From an uncultured Gaiellaceae bacterium (GTDB taxonomy: Bacteria > Actinomycetota > Thermoleophilia > Gaiellales > Gaiellaceae): DNA of 64,000 nt. Of this stretch, positions 38,227 through 47,875 are shown piece after piece. Location: NCBI GenBank assembly GCA_963802865.1, contig CAWDKB010000010.1:38731-102730 (forward strand), given 5' to 3'. The notes below the pieces were generated by a model. The model was given only the letters and a program-made list of their open reading frames with translations, did no database searches and was not told the DNA's origin. The position numbers and the translations under genes are program-made. Within the stretch, counting starts at the first letter, position 1, and each line of letters begins with the position of its first letter.

Positions 38227-39651
38227 CTAGTCGACCTCGATGCTCCGAAGATCGCGGAGTTCAACCCTCCGAATCACTGTGTGCCCGTGCGGATCGGTGA
38301 CGCGAACGTCGACCATGTCGTTCCCGGGCTCCGACAGCGGCACTTCGAGCCAGCCGTCCGGCTCGAGCGGCACGGCGGGCTTCGGGTCCCCATCGACAGT
38401 CACATCGACCGGCGTGCCGGCCGGAACGTCGTACGCAAGCTCGAGCGCGGGCACGCGAGCGACCTCGGCGCTCTCGGGCAGCACGGGGTGGCGCGCATCC
38501 AGCCGGTGCGCGGATGCAGCGAAGCGCTCGAGCGCAGGCTTCGGCGAGGAGTCCTCCGACAGGAGGCCGCTCTGCCAGAGCCCGTCGGCCCGGTCGCGGA
38601 AGACAAACCACACGAACATCCGAACGCGCGGATCCTGCGCCGCGAGCTCGAGCGCATCCTTTGCATATCGGGCCTGCAGGGCGGGGTCGATCCCGAGCGG
38701 CTCGGGCGGGAGTGTCTCGTGCGCGTACTCCGTGATCCAGATCGGCGTGGCGTCCCGTCCGAACCACTCGTCGAGTTCGGCGCCGAAGCGCTCGAGGTTG
38801 CCGATCCCGACGCGGGGCCAGCGCACGGCCCGGTCCGGGGCGACGTGCGGCCGCGGCGGATATGGATGCTGCGCCCAGGCGTCGAAGCGGACCTCGGGCG
38901 TCGCCTCCGAGAGCAGGCGTGCGAAGCGCGCCGGTGAATGGCTGTCCTGCACGGGACCCTCCGTCGGGACGTCGCGGCCGCGCGGCGACGTCTCGCCGAT
39001 CGCGACCAGCGCCTCCGAGTTGCCGCGCTTCACGCCGTCGTAGACCGCCCGGGCGAGCGGCGCGTAGAGCGCAGGCCCGACCGATCGCCCCGCACTGTCG
39101 AACTGGGGCGCGAGGAACTGCTCAAGGTTGGGCTCGTTCCACGCAGAGAACAAGCGCACCGCGGGATAGCCGGAATGACGGCCCGAGTAGCGGTCCGCAA
39201 GCGCCGTGGCAAATTCTTCGAGGTCGGCGGGATCGTGCGGCGGAATGTTCGGCGCCTGACCCCCGTTCGCCCACTCCGGCGTTCCCGAGATCGTGACGAG
39301 GAGCTCGATCCCGCGCTGCTGCGCACTGCGGACGAGGTCGTCGACGTCGTCGAGCTGATATGCGGGATCGAAGGAATCGGTTGGGGTCGTCGGACGGGTC
39401 GGAGCCGTGTCCTTCCACACGACGACGGTACGGAGGAGCGAGACGTTTGCGTCGCGAGCCCGATCGAGCATCGCTGCCCGGTCGACGTCCCACCGGAAGC
39501 TCGGGTCGTCCTGCAGGCCGACGAGCAGGCGGCCCGGCATCGCGCTTTGCGGAGCGACGACCGGCTCCGAGCCGGAACCGCGCAGCAGGAGCACCGATCC
39601 GACCGTCACCACGGCGACGGCGACGCCAAGCAACCCGAGGATGACGCGCAT
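38227..39651 (-). CDS. secreted glycoside hydrolase (clan GH-A, GH5-like)
   Basis: It has an N-terminal membrane anchor or signal. SAWNEPN matches the acid/base Glu and IWITEYA matches the nucleophile Glu. Confidence 0.65.
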   Translation of the reverse strand: MRVILGLLGVAVAVVTVGSVLLLRGSGSEPVVAPQSAMPGRLLVGLQDDPSFRWDVDRAAMLDRARDANVSLLRTVVVWKDTAPTRPTTPTDSFDPAYQLDDVDDLVRSAQQRGIELLVTISGTPEWANGGQAPNIPPHDPADLEEFATALADRYSGRHSGYPAVRLFSAWNEPNLEQFLAPQFDSAGRSVGPALYAPLARAVYDGVKRGNSEALVAIGETSPRGRDVPTEGPVQDSHSPARFARLLSEATPEVRFDAWAQHPYPPRPHVAPDRAVRWPRVGIGNLERFGAELDEWFGRDATPIWITEYAHETLPPEPLGIDPALQARYAKDALELAAQDPRVRMFVWFVFRDRADGLWQSGLLSEDSSPKPALERFAASAHRLDARHPVLPESAEVARVPALELAYDVPAGTPVDVTVDGDPKPAVPLEPDGWLEVPLSEPGNDMVDVRVTDPHGHTVIRRVELRDLRSIEVD

Positions 39652-39693
39652 GGTTGGTGATACCCGCCTGGCGCTCGCGCTCCGGCTTCCGCG

Positions 39694-40662
39694 TCAGGCG
39701 GCGGCGAGCCCGACGAGCCTCGGAAGGCCCTCGAGCAGGTCGCATCGCTGCCAACTGTCGCCACGGTCGTGGCTCTCCCACAGCTCGCCGTTGGCGAGCC
39801 CGGCGAAGAGGCGCTCGCGAGTCGCAACGAGCGCGTACGGCATCGCCGACAGCGGGTCCGGCAGCCCGTCCGCAAGCGCCTCCCAGGTGCCGTTCCGCCT
39901 GCGGTAGACCTTCGCCTGGGGATCGCCGTGCCCATGAGCCGCGAACGGACCGCGGCTCGCGGAGACGTACCACAGGTCGGGGTCTTCAGGGTCGACCGCG
40001 ACCGACCACGTGTAGTGCCGATCGCGGCCCTCGTCTGCCGGTGTCCACGTGTCTCCGGCATCCTCGCTCCAGGCAGCTCCGCCTCCGCCGGCCTCGTAGG
40101 CGCGACCGCGCTCCAGCGGGTGCCACGCCAGCGAGTGCACGTCGCGCTGCGCGCCCGGCCGGTGGTCTTGCCACGTCTCTCCGGCGTCGGTCGACCGCAT
40201 CAGCCCGCCGAGCTCGATGCCGGCGAGGATCGTGTGCGCCTCGTGCGGGCTGGGCGCAATCCAGCGCACGTGCGATGTCCATGGGCGCGGCGGGAAGCTC
40301 CATGTCGGACGCGACGGGAGATCGAGCAGGCCGGTGAGCTCACGCCACGTCGCGCCCCCATCGTCGCTGCGGAACAGCGCGCTCGGCTCGGTGCCGGCGT
40401 AGATGGCGCCATCCGCAGCACTGACGGCGACGGAGAAGACCTGCTGTTCGACAAGGCCGACGTCGATCCACGTACGCGCGCCGTCCACCGTCTTGCGTAC
40501 ACCTCCCGCGCCGAGCCCGACGTACACCGTGTCGGCATCGTCAGGATCGCGCGCGAGGCACTGCACCGTGCTGTCGCGCAGCGAAAGCTCGATCGCCCAG
40601 CCATCGGGCGTCTCGTCGAGGCGGGCGAACGACGTGCCGGTCGCCGCGTACAGACGTGCCAT
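39694..40662 (-). CDS. BNR/Asp-box repeat (beta-propeller) protein
   Basis: Repeated SxDxGxTW motifs are present (SDDGGATW, STDAGETW, SEDAGDTW, SHDRGDSW). Confidence 0.7.
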   Translation of the reverse strand: MARLYAATGTSFARLDETPDGWAIELSLRDSTVQCLARDPDDADTVYVGLGAGGVRKTVDGARTWIDVGLVEQQVFSVAVSAADGAIYAGTEPSALFRSDDGGATWRELTGLLDLPSRPTWSFPPRPWTSHVRWIAPSPHEAHTILAGIELGGLMRSTDAGETWQDHRPGAQRDVHSLAWHPLERGRAYEAGGGGAAWSEDAGDTWTPADEGRDRHYTWSVAVDPEDPDLWYVSASRGPFAAHGHGDPQAKVYRRRNGTWEALADGLPDPLSAMPYALVATRERLFAGLANGELWESHDRGDSWQRCDLLEGLPRLVGLAAA

Positions 40663-40860
40663 GACCCCATGCTGCCTACGAGTGGGTGGCGAGCCGAGCG
40701 GGTACCGCGAACGAGGAGCTCGGTGCCAGCCACGCGCGCACCTGGCTAGACTGCGCGCGTGAGGCGCTGGGATCTTGGGGCGCTCGCGCCGTCGTCGAAG
40801 AAGCAGAATTCGCGTGAGCCCGGGTCGGACGCTCCACGCGTGCCGAGGCGCGACCGACAG

Positions 40861-41214
40861 ATGCCGCGCGTGCTGTTCTCGTCACCCGAGTGCCGGGTCG
40901 TTGTCGTCGACCTCGCGAGCGGGGAGGAGCTCGGTGATCACCGCGTCCGCGAGCGGGCCATCGTGGAAGTCGTCACCGGCCGGGTCTCGATCGAGAGCTC
41001 CGGGGAAACCGCGGAGGGCGATGCAGGAGCGCTCGTAACCTTCGATCCGGGAGAGGAGCACCGGGTGCGCGCGCTGGCCGACACTCGGCTGCTGCTCGTG
41101 CTTGCGCCGTGGCCCGCCGCCGAGCACTACACCGAGTCGGAGCAGGGTCACGGCGACCATCTCCCTGCAAACGCCGTCGTCGAGCCGCTCTCCTCGTCGC
41201 ACACCGCGGACTGA
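40861..41214 (+). CDS. cupin domain protein
   Basis: The internal ATG at 40861 gives 117 aa, with GDHRVRERAIVEVVTGRV and FDPGEEHRVRA. Confidence 0.7.
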   Translation: MPRVLFSSPECRVVVVDLASGEELGDHRVRERAIVEVVTGRVSIESSGETAEGDAGALVTFDPGEEHRVRALADTRLLLVLAPWPAAEHYTESEQGHGDHLPANAVVEPLSSSHTAD

Positions 41215-41236
41215 CGACGTCCGTCCGAGGTCGAAC

Positions 41237-41857
41237 TCACTCGAAGCGCACCGAGCCGGCTACCCAGGTGAAGGGCTGCGCGGCACCACGCGGCGTGACA
41301 TGGCGCTCGCGGCGCGTCGCGAGAACGTCGAACGAATCGCCCAGCGCCGCGCTCAGATCTGCCGCCGAGTAGCGATCGACGGGGAGACCTGAGCACACCT
41401 CTGGTCCGTCCTCCGCGAATGTCCCGACGATCACGTTCCCGCCCGATACGACCGCGCGCCTCATGGTGGCGACGTACGTGACGCGATCGGAAGCTGCGAC
41501 GAGGAACTGGAAGACGGCGCGGTCGTGCCAGAGGTCGTAGCGCCGGTCCGGCTCCCACGTCAGAAGATCGGCGTGGACGCACAGAACCGGCGCGTCGGCT
41601 GGGAGCCGTCGTCGCGTCGCGTCGAGCGCCGAAGCGGAGAGATCGAGCACCGTCAGATCGTGGAAGCCGCGCGCCAACAACTCGTCCACGAGGAACGATG
41701 CACCGCCCCCGACGTCGATGACGGCGGCGTCGCGGGGGATGGCGAGCACATCGACGAGCTCGAGGGACACTTCGGGCACGGCCTGGTACCAGCTCACGCC
41801 GTCGACTCCGCGAGACGAGTACGCGGCGTCCCAATGATCGGCGCGAACCAAGCCCAA
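41237..41857 (-). CDS. class I SAM-dependent methyltransferase
   Basis: Motif I is VIDVGGGASFLVDELL, followed by DLS. Confidence 0.85.
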   Translation of the reverse strand: MGLVRADHWDAAYSSRGVDGVSWYQAVPEVSLELVDVLAIPRDAAVIDVGGGASFLVDELLARGFHDLTVLDLSASALDATRRRLPADAPVLCVHADLLTWEPDRRYDLWHDRAVFQFLVAASDRVTYVATMRRAVVSGGNVIVGTFAEDGPEVCSGLPVDRYSAADLSAALGDSFDVLATRRERHVTPRGAAQPFTWVAGSVRFE

Positions 41858-41859
41858 AT

Positions 41860-42447
41860 CTAGGTCCTCTTCGCCGATCTCACGACCTCGGGAAGGGTGG
41901 GGAAGTCGGTCGGGTAGAGGCCTGCGGCGAAGCCGTACGCGGTGTCGCCCGAGCGCGGGAGCTGCGAGAACTCTCGAACCAGGTCCTCCACCCGCCCCCA
42001 GAACTCCGCCGCGCTCTCGGCTGCGATGCGCGCGTGGCGGAGGCTCGTGCGCAGGTCGTCGGCCTGGTGGGCCGGCACCGATTCGGCCGCGGCCACCGCC
42101 AGCGCGTTGGCGTGCACCTGCGTCTCGTCGTCACCCGGGCGGTTCACGACACCGACGTAGAACATGCGGGCCGTGCGGCCGTAGTAACGCTCGTCGATCG
42201 CCCGTACCCGCCTGGTGCGTACGACCCGCAACAGCCCCGCTTCCGCCAGAACGTTGACGTGGTGGGCGACGGTGCTCTTCGGGCGCTCCACGGCGGCTGC
42301 GAGCTCGGCGACGGTGGCGGCCCGTTCCAGCAGCAGCTCGAGGATCGTGACGCGCAGCTGGTCCGCCAGCGCCCGGAGCTGGCCCGGTGCCGTCACCACC
42401 AGGCGATCGGGGAGCTCGTAGTCGGGTATCGTGGTGTTGATCGACAT
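41860..42447 (-). CDS. ArsR-type winged-helix transcriptional regulator
   Basis: Contains LRVTILELLLERAATVAELAAAVERPKSTVAHHVNVLAEAGLL. It ends 2 nt upstream of the methyltransferase gene. Confidence 0.8.
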   Translation of the reverse strand: MSINTTIPDYELPDRLVVTAPGQLRALADQLRVTILELLLERAATVAELAAAVERPKSTVAHHVNVLAEAGLLRVVRTRRVRAIDERYYGRTARMFYVGVVNRPGDDETQVHANALAVAAAESVPAHQADDLRTSLRHARIAAESAAEFWGRVEDLVREFSQLPRSGDTAYGFAAGLYPTDFPTLPEVVRSAKRT

Positions 42448-42530
42448 CTTTGGATCGTTCTAGTATTCTCGATCGATCGAGGACTACGGATCGTTCATCG
42501 TCGCACAACCCGAGGACGAAGGAGGACGAG

Positions 42531-43109
42531 ATGGCCGAGGTACTCCTGTTCCACCACGCACTTGGCCTCACCGCGGGAATCCACGCCTTCGCGGACGAGC
42601 TCCGACAGGCGGGCCACACCGTGCACACACCAGACCTCTTCGACAGCCGTACCTTCGACACGATCGACGAGGGTGTCGCCCACGCCGGGGAGGTCGGCTT
42701 CGGCGAGATCATCGAGCGTGGCGTGCGCGCGGCGGACGAGTTGCCCGACGCGCTGGTGTACTCCGGCTTCTCGCTCGGGGTGCTCCCGGCGCAGAAGCTC
42801 GCGCAGACCCGCGCCGGCGCCCGAGGCGCGCTGCTCTTCTACTCGTGCGTGCCCGTGTCGGAGTTCGGGGAGTCGTGGCCGGCGGGCGTGCCGGTGCAGA
42901 TCCACGGGATGGACGCCGACCCGTTCTTCGTCGACGAAGGCGACGTCGACGCTGCACGCGAGCTCGTCGACTCGACCGAGCACGCCGAGCTGTTCCTCTA
43001 CCCGGGCGACCAGCACTACTTCGCGGACTCCACCCTGCCGTCCTACGACGCTGGTGCCGCGAAGCTCCTGAAGCAGCGCGTGCTCGCGTTCCTCGACGCG
43101 CGTGGCTGA
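42531..43109 (+). CDS. dienelactone hydrolase family protein
   Basis: ATG at 42531 after GAAGGAGGA, 192 aa. Contains GFSLG (nucleophile elbow) and a C-terminal YPGDQHYF. Confidence 0.8.
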   Translation: MAEVLLFHHALGLTAGIHAFADELRQAGHTVHTPDLFDSRTFDTIDEGVAHAGEVGFGEIIERGVRAADELPDALVYSGFSLGVLPAQKLAQTRAGARGALLFYSCVPVSEFGESWPAGVPVQIHGMDADPFFVDEGDVDAARELVDSTEHAELFLYPGDQHYFADSTLPSYDAGAAKLLKQRVLAFLDARG

Positions 43110-43115
43110 TGCCGG

Positions 43116-44090
43116 TCAACCCGGAGGCGCGGGAAAGCGGACGTGCATGTGGTTCTCGTGGCGGGGATACGGAACGACGACGTCGCTCGGCCCCCGTAGG
43201 TCGGTCGAGTAGCCGACGAACACGACCTGCGCGCCGGCGGCGATGAAGCGGTCGAGCAGGTCCTGCGCGCGGCGCCGGTCGATCTGGCTGCGTGCCATCG
43301 GAGGGCTCAGGCGCCGGTCGAGCCGTGGGTAGTACACGTCGACGTCGAGCCCGTTCTGATGTGAGACGTGCTGGTCCATCCAGCTGCCGTGCCGGAAGCT
43401 AATGTCGCCGATGACGACTCGCGGCGCATCCTGCGTGGTGCGGTAGGCGGCGAGCACGGAGATGATCGTCCGGATGGTGCGCTCGTGCCCGTAGAGCCGG
43501 TTGGGCAGATTCGGAGTGCTGTCGGTCGCCGGGTTCCAGGTGACCCAGTCGGGGCCCTCGACGGGAAGCTTCGTGCCGTTGACCAGGCGACCGGCGTACG
43601 GGAGGCCGACCGATGATGCGCGGCGCCACTCGACTCGTGCGAAGGCAGTCGCTGGGGCGCCCGCTCGCGAGGCCGGCTTGCGGGAGGTCCCGCCCGTGCG
43701 AGGGACCCGGGGCTCGGCAGGCTCGAGCGGCGCGCCTTCGAGGACTGACGCCAGGCTCGGGGGATCGGTTCCAAGCGTGCCCGACTCCTGTCCGAGGCCG
43801 GGCCTGAACGTGGAGATCGGGATCATCGTGGTCGACCCGAGGACGAGCGCGACAGCAGGGACGGTGCGCGTCGTGCGCCGACGCCGGCGCTCCGCCTGTC
43901 GTGCCTGTCGGCGCTGGCGCGAAGCTTCGAGCCCCGTCGCGACCGGCCCGTAGAGCGCCTGATCGAGGACGTCGGTGGCAGCCCCGGGCACGGCCAGCGC
44001 GAACCCGCCGAAAGGCCCTCGCGACTCCTCGCGGAACCAGAGCATTTCCGTGTCGAGCCACACCTCGTCCACTCGCCAGCTCATGGACAT
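43116..44090 (-). CDS. penicillin-insensitive murein endopeptidase-like (LAS metallopeptidase)
   Basis: Contains HVSHQNGLDVDV and HENHMHVRF. The start is placed at the ATG at 44090, because the longer ORF overlaps the divergent cupin gene. Confidence 0.7.
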   Translation of the reverse strand: MSMSWRVDEVWLDTEMLWFREESRGPFGGFALAVPGAATDVLDQALYGPVATGLEASRQRRQARQAERRRRRTTRTVPAVALVLGSTTMIPISTFRPGLGQESGTLGTDPPSLASVLEGAPLEPAEPRVPRTGGTSRKPASRAGAPATAFARVEWRRASSVGLPYAGRLVNGTKLPVEGPDWVTWNPATDSTPNLPNRLYGHERTIRTIISVLAAYRTTQDAPRVVIGDISFRHGSWMDQHVSHQNGLDVDVYYPRLDRRLSPPMARSQIDRRRAQDLLDRFIAAGAQVVFVGYSTDLRGPSDVVVPYPRHENHMHVRFPAPPG

Positions 44091-44151
44091 TCGTCCTTCG
44101 CCCAGCGGGCTGCGTGTCCTCCGGCTCAGGCCCGACGTTAAACTCGCGGCC

Positions 44152-44715
44152 GTGCCCGAGGCGCGGCTCGAGGACTCCGGCTCAGGCCTCGCGCCCGCAA
44201 CCGACGGCTGGTTCGTCGTGAACGTGCGGGACGCCGAGTGGTGGACCTCAGGGTGGTCGGGCTCGAGGTGCTTCTTCGAGAACGAGTACCCGTCCTCGCT
44301 CGACACCGAGAAGGTCGAGTTCTCGCAGTTCGGCATCAACATCACTGTCCTGGAGCCTGGCCAGCCCAACGGGCTCTACCACGGCGAGGATGGGCAGGAG
44401 GACTTCCTCGTCCTCTTCGGCGAGTGCCTCCTGCTCGTCGAGGACGAGGAGCGGCGGCTGCGCGCCTGGGATTTCGTTCACTGCGCGCCGCAGACCGAGC
44501 ACATCTTCGTCGGCGCGGGTGAAGGACCTTGCGTGATCCTGATGGCCGGGGCGCGGTCGAAGGACAACCGGGGGCACTACCCGGTATCGGAGCTCACGGC
44601 GCGCTACGGCGCGAGCGTGGAGGAAGAGACGTCCGACCCGGACAAGGCGTACGCGGGGTTCGAGTGGTCCCGGCGGGAGCGGCCCTCGTACTGGGACCGC
44701 CTGCCCTGGGCCTAG
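44152..44715 (+). CDS. cupin domain protein
   Basis: GTG at 44152 gives VPEARLEDSGSGLAPATDGWFVVNVRDAEW, with a cupin core HGEDGQEDFLVLFGEC. Confidence 0.7.
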   Translation: MPEARLEDSGSGLAPATDGWFVVNVRDAEWWTSGWSGSRCFFENEYPSSLDTEKVEFSQFGINITVLEPGQPNGLYHGEDGQEDFLVLFGECLLLVEDEERRLRAWDFVHCAPQTEHIFVGAGEGPCVILMAGARSKDNRGHYPVSELTARYGASVEEETSDPDKAYAGFEWSRRERPSYWDRLPWA

Positions 44716-44746
44716 CTGGCGGCCTCCGGGCGGCCCGCGCGGAGGA

Positions 44747-45226
44747 TCACGACGAGGACCGCGGACGTCGACCAGCGCTCTTGAGACGTTCGAGGCTCGC
44801 ACGCGGCCACAGCGCCTCCGTGTCGTAGTAGGTCCTGAACGCCGGCACGGACTCGGGGAGCGTCACCCAGCCGAGCTTCGACCGGGTGTAGATGTGGACG
44901 TCGGGCGTGACCGACGACGGGTCGTCGAGGGTCCCCGCGCGAACGAACCGCACGCTAGCCCTGGTGTACCGGCTGAACAACGCCACCTGGCAGGTCGGAC
45001 AACGCCAGATCCTTTGCTTGCCGCGGCCGCGTGGCACGTCGACCGGTAGCGGCTCCCCCGCGAGCAGCTCCACCCGGTCGGTCTCGATCAGCACGTTGAT
45101 GACGAACGCGCTCCCGGTCTGTCGCTGACAGTTCAGGCAGTGACAGCAGTGCGTGAACAGCGGATCAGAGGCGAGCCGATAACGAAGCGCTCCGCACGCG
45201 CAGCCACCCTCACGTCTGATTGTCAC
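44747..45226 (-). CDS. GFA family (glutathione-dependent formaldehyde-activating / CENP-V-like) protein
   Basis: Contains GGCACGALRY, HCCHCLNCQRQTGSAF and RCPTC. The GTG at 45226 follows AGGAGGAGGAGG. Confidence 0.8.
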   Translation of the reverse strand: MTIRREGGCACGALRYRLASDPLFTHCCHCLNCQRQTGSAFVINVLIETDRVELLAGEPLPVDVPRGRGKQRIWRCPTCQVALFSRYTRASVRFVRAGTLDDPSSVTPDVHIYTRSKLGWVTLPESVPAFRTYYDTEALWPRASLERLKSAGRRPRSSS

Positions 45227-45315
45227 GGCCTCCTCCTCCTGGGTCTGCGACGGAGCTCGGACGGTACCCGTCTCCTCCGTTGCCAAGGACTGCTCCACAC
45301 GGCGCGCCGACGGGA

Positions 45316-45786
45316 ATGGTTCCGGGGCTGGCATGCGACACGGGTCCCGCGTACTGGGGCCCCGGCGACCACTACACCTTCCTCGTCACCGGCGAGGAGT
45401 CCGGCGGCGCGTACTTCGCGATGGAAGGGCTCGTGCCCCCTGGCGGCGGGCCACCTCTGCACATCCACACCCGCGAGGACGAGACCTTCTACCTCCTCGA
45501 CGGGAAGATCGAGTTCCAGCTCGGTGACGAAACGATCGTGGCCGGCCCCGGCGACTTCGTGAACGTCCCCCGCGGGACCGTCCACTGTTTCCACAACTCG
45601 GGCACGGAGACGGCGCGCTTGGTGCTGACGTTCACGCCGGCAGGCATCGAGCGATGGTTCGAGGAGACGCTCGAGCCCGCGCCGAACGGCGCCACGGATG
45701 CGCCCGACAACATCGCCGAGGTCGTCGAGCGCTTCGTCGCCGCCGCGCCGCGGTACGGGATCGAGTTCGTCGACGCTCCGGCCTGA
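45316..45786 (+). CDS. cupin domain protein
   Basis: Contains PPLHIHTREDETFYLLDGK and VPRGTVHCFHN. Confidence 0.8.
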   Translation: MVPGLACDTGPAYWGPGDHYTFLVTGEESGGAYFAMEGLVPPGGGPPLHIHTREDETFYLLDGKIEFQLGDETIVAGPGDFVNVPRGTVHCFHNSGTETARLVLTFTPAGIERWFEETLEPAPNGATDAPDNIAEVVERFVAAAPRYGIEFVDAPA

Positions 45787-45880
45787 GAAGGGAGGCACCT
45801 GGAAGTGCGCTACGCTCGACGTTCCAGGCGCGTCAGGACGCGCGTGGGCGCGCCCCCGCCGCACAGAGAGGGAGGCAGGT

Positions 45881-46255
45881 ATGACCTTGATGGACACCCT
45901 CACCGGGCTGTTCAAGTCGAGCGGCATGCAGGACAAGCTGGCCAGCGGCATCGGTTCGATGATCGCCGACGGCAAGATCAACCTTTCGGGGCTCCAGGCG
46001 CAGGCCCAGAAGGCCGGGCTCGGCGACATCTTCGACTCGTGGGTCGGGACGGGCGAGAACAAGCCGATCTCGGCGGAGCAGGTCAAGTCGATGGCCACTG
46101 AAGGCGGACTGCAGAAACTCGCCGACGACGCGGGTATCAGCTTCGACGAGGCCGCGGAGGAAGTGAGCAAGGTACTGCCGGACCTGGTCGACAAGGCGTC
46201 GCCGGACGGCGTGCTTCCGGCGGACGACGCCATCAGGTCGCAGTTCACCTCGTAG
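45881..46255 (+). CDS. YidB/DUF937-like protein
   Basis: ATG at 45881 after GAGAGGGAGG. Contains GLGDIFDSWVGTGENKPISAEQV and LPDLVDKASPDG. Confidence 0.7.
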   Translation: MTLMDTLTGLFKSSGMQDKLASGIGSMIADGKINLSGLQAQAQKAGLGDIFDSWVGTGENKPISAEQVKSMATEGGLQKLADDAGISFDEAAEEVSKVLPDLVDKASPDGVLPADDAIRSQFTS

Positions 46256-46386
46256 CGGCCGCGAAAAGCTGCGGCGCAGGCTGTCCTGACGTCGTAGCTC
46301 ATGTTGGAATCGAACGCGACGGGCGGCTCAGGCCGCCCGTCGTCGTTGGGGAACTGCTCTCGCAGAGGCGTTATCGTGGCTGAGCC

Positions 46387-47241
46387 GTGACACAAGAGCG
46401 ATCCGCGACTCGGCAGGCGGAGCCCGACCAGGAAGAGCTGCTCGAGGAGATCGACAATCCGATCGAGCGGCTGAAGCTGCTCTCGGGAAACGAGGACGAG
46501 ATCGCGAAGTACCTCGACGCGATCGAGGTCACGAGCCCTCGCGAGCGCGAGATGATGCACGAGATCTCGCGGACGCAGCCGCTCGCGCGCCCGGATCTCT
46601 TTCCGCAGGCTCATCGCAACATGGTCGAGGCGCTCGAGTCACTGTCCCGGCACGGTTACCACGGCACGCAAGCGGGGAAGAGCCTGGGACCGCTCCGAGC
46701 CACGATCCGCTGGGGCGTCCAGCTCGTCGCTCGCTACCTCGTCGTATCGCACGTCCGGAACACCTCGACGAAGCTCCGAAATCTCTACGGCCTCCGCGAG
46801 ATCCAGGCGTTGCCGGGCAGCCCGGAGCGCCGCGACCTGACGCGCGCGCGCATCGACTCGGACCGAATGATCGACGCGCTGCAGACCAGGGAGCTTGCGC
46901 TCCCGGCATTCCTTCTCGGCGGCGCAGCACTCCCTCTCTTCGCCTCTCTCGGACGCGTCACGGGGTTCTTCGAGAGGACGTGGGTCGCGGCCGCGATCGG
47001 CATCGCGGGCATGCTCATCGCGCTCGCCGCCTCGTGGGTGATCCTGCGCGGCGCCGCACTCGCCTCGCGTCGCATCCGGCTCGCGACGCGCGCGCCCCTG
47101 CAAACGCTCTGGAACACGATCGGGTGGTGCGGCGACCCTCCCAAGGACTCGACGCGGACGTTCGTCCTCATCTCGGTCGGGCTGACGCTCAGTTGCTGGA
47201 TCATCGTTCCGATCCTCGTGACGATCGGCCTGGTGACCTGA
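46387..47241 (+). CDS. hypothetical membrane protein
   Basis: 284-aa ORF with a soluble N-terminal half and 3-4 C-terminal transmembrane helices. I do not recognise the family. Confidence 0.5.
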   Translation: MTQERSATRQAEPDQEELLEEIDNPIERLKLLSGNEDEIAKYLDAIEVTSPREREMMHEISRTQPLARPDLFPQAHRNMVEALESLSRHGYHGTQAGKSLGPLRATIRWGVQLVARYLVVSHVRNTSTKLRNLYGLREIQALPGSPERRDLTRARIDSDRMIDALQTRELALPAFLLGGAALPLFASLGRVTGFFERTWVAAAIGIAGMLIALAASWVILRGAALASRRIRLATRAPLQTLWNTIGWCGDPPKDSTRTFVLISVGLTLSCWIIVPILVTIGLVT

Positions 47242-47300
47242 GTCGCGTGACCCTCGTCGCCCATCTCGAGACCATGGTCGAGGGGGCGTAGACTCGACCC

Positions 47301-47813
47301 GTGCGGAAGTTCTGGAACCGCCCGCTCGGCTCCAAGCTCATCCTCCTGCTGAGCATCGCGTTCCTCATCGAGATGATCGCCCCGTGGCAGCGCGTGTGCG
47401 CGATCACGAGCGGCGGCGACGACCCCCGCGTGTGCGGCTGGAAGTCGGCGTACACGGGATCCGACTTCGGTCTCTATGCAGCCTTCTTCGCGGGAGCACT
47501 CGTCGTCTGGGAGCTCCTCCCGATCCTCATCCCGAAGCTGGGCATGCGCAGCTGGCTTCCTGCGATCGTGACGTTCCTGCTCTCCGTCGGGCTCCTGATC
47601 TGCACCGTCTGCAAGATGATCATCGACAACGAGTTCCAGACGATCTGGGCGTGGATCGGCCTCGCGATCGCGATCGCGATTCTCCTCACGGCGATCAGCC
47701 GCGTGCGTTATCGCTGGGGGCACAGACACGCGGACGAGAGACCCGAGCCGGCGCCGATGGCGCCGCCGCCACCGTTCGAGCCGCCGCCCGCGACCGGATC
47801 AGGCGGCCCGTAG
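47301..47813 (+). CDS. hypothetical membrane protein with a Pro-rich tail
   Basis: 170 aa with four transmembrane helices and a C-terminal PEPAPMAPPPPFEPPP. Confidence 0.5.
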   Translation: MRKFWNRPLGSKLILLLSIAFLIEMIAPWQRVCAITSGGDDPRVCGWKSAYTGSDFGLYAAFFAGALVVWELLPILIPKLGMRSWLPAIVTFLLSVGLLICTVCKMIIDNEFQTIWAWIGLAIAIAILLTAISRVRYRWGHRHADERPEPAPMAPPPPFEPPPATGSGGP

Positions 47814-47875
47814 CTCTCGGATCCGCTCCACGATCAGAGGGTCACGAGCGCCCCGAGAGCAGAAGCAGTACCTGC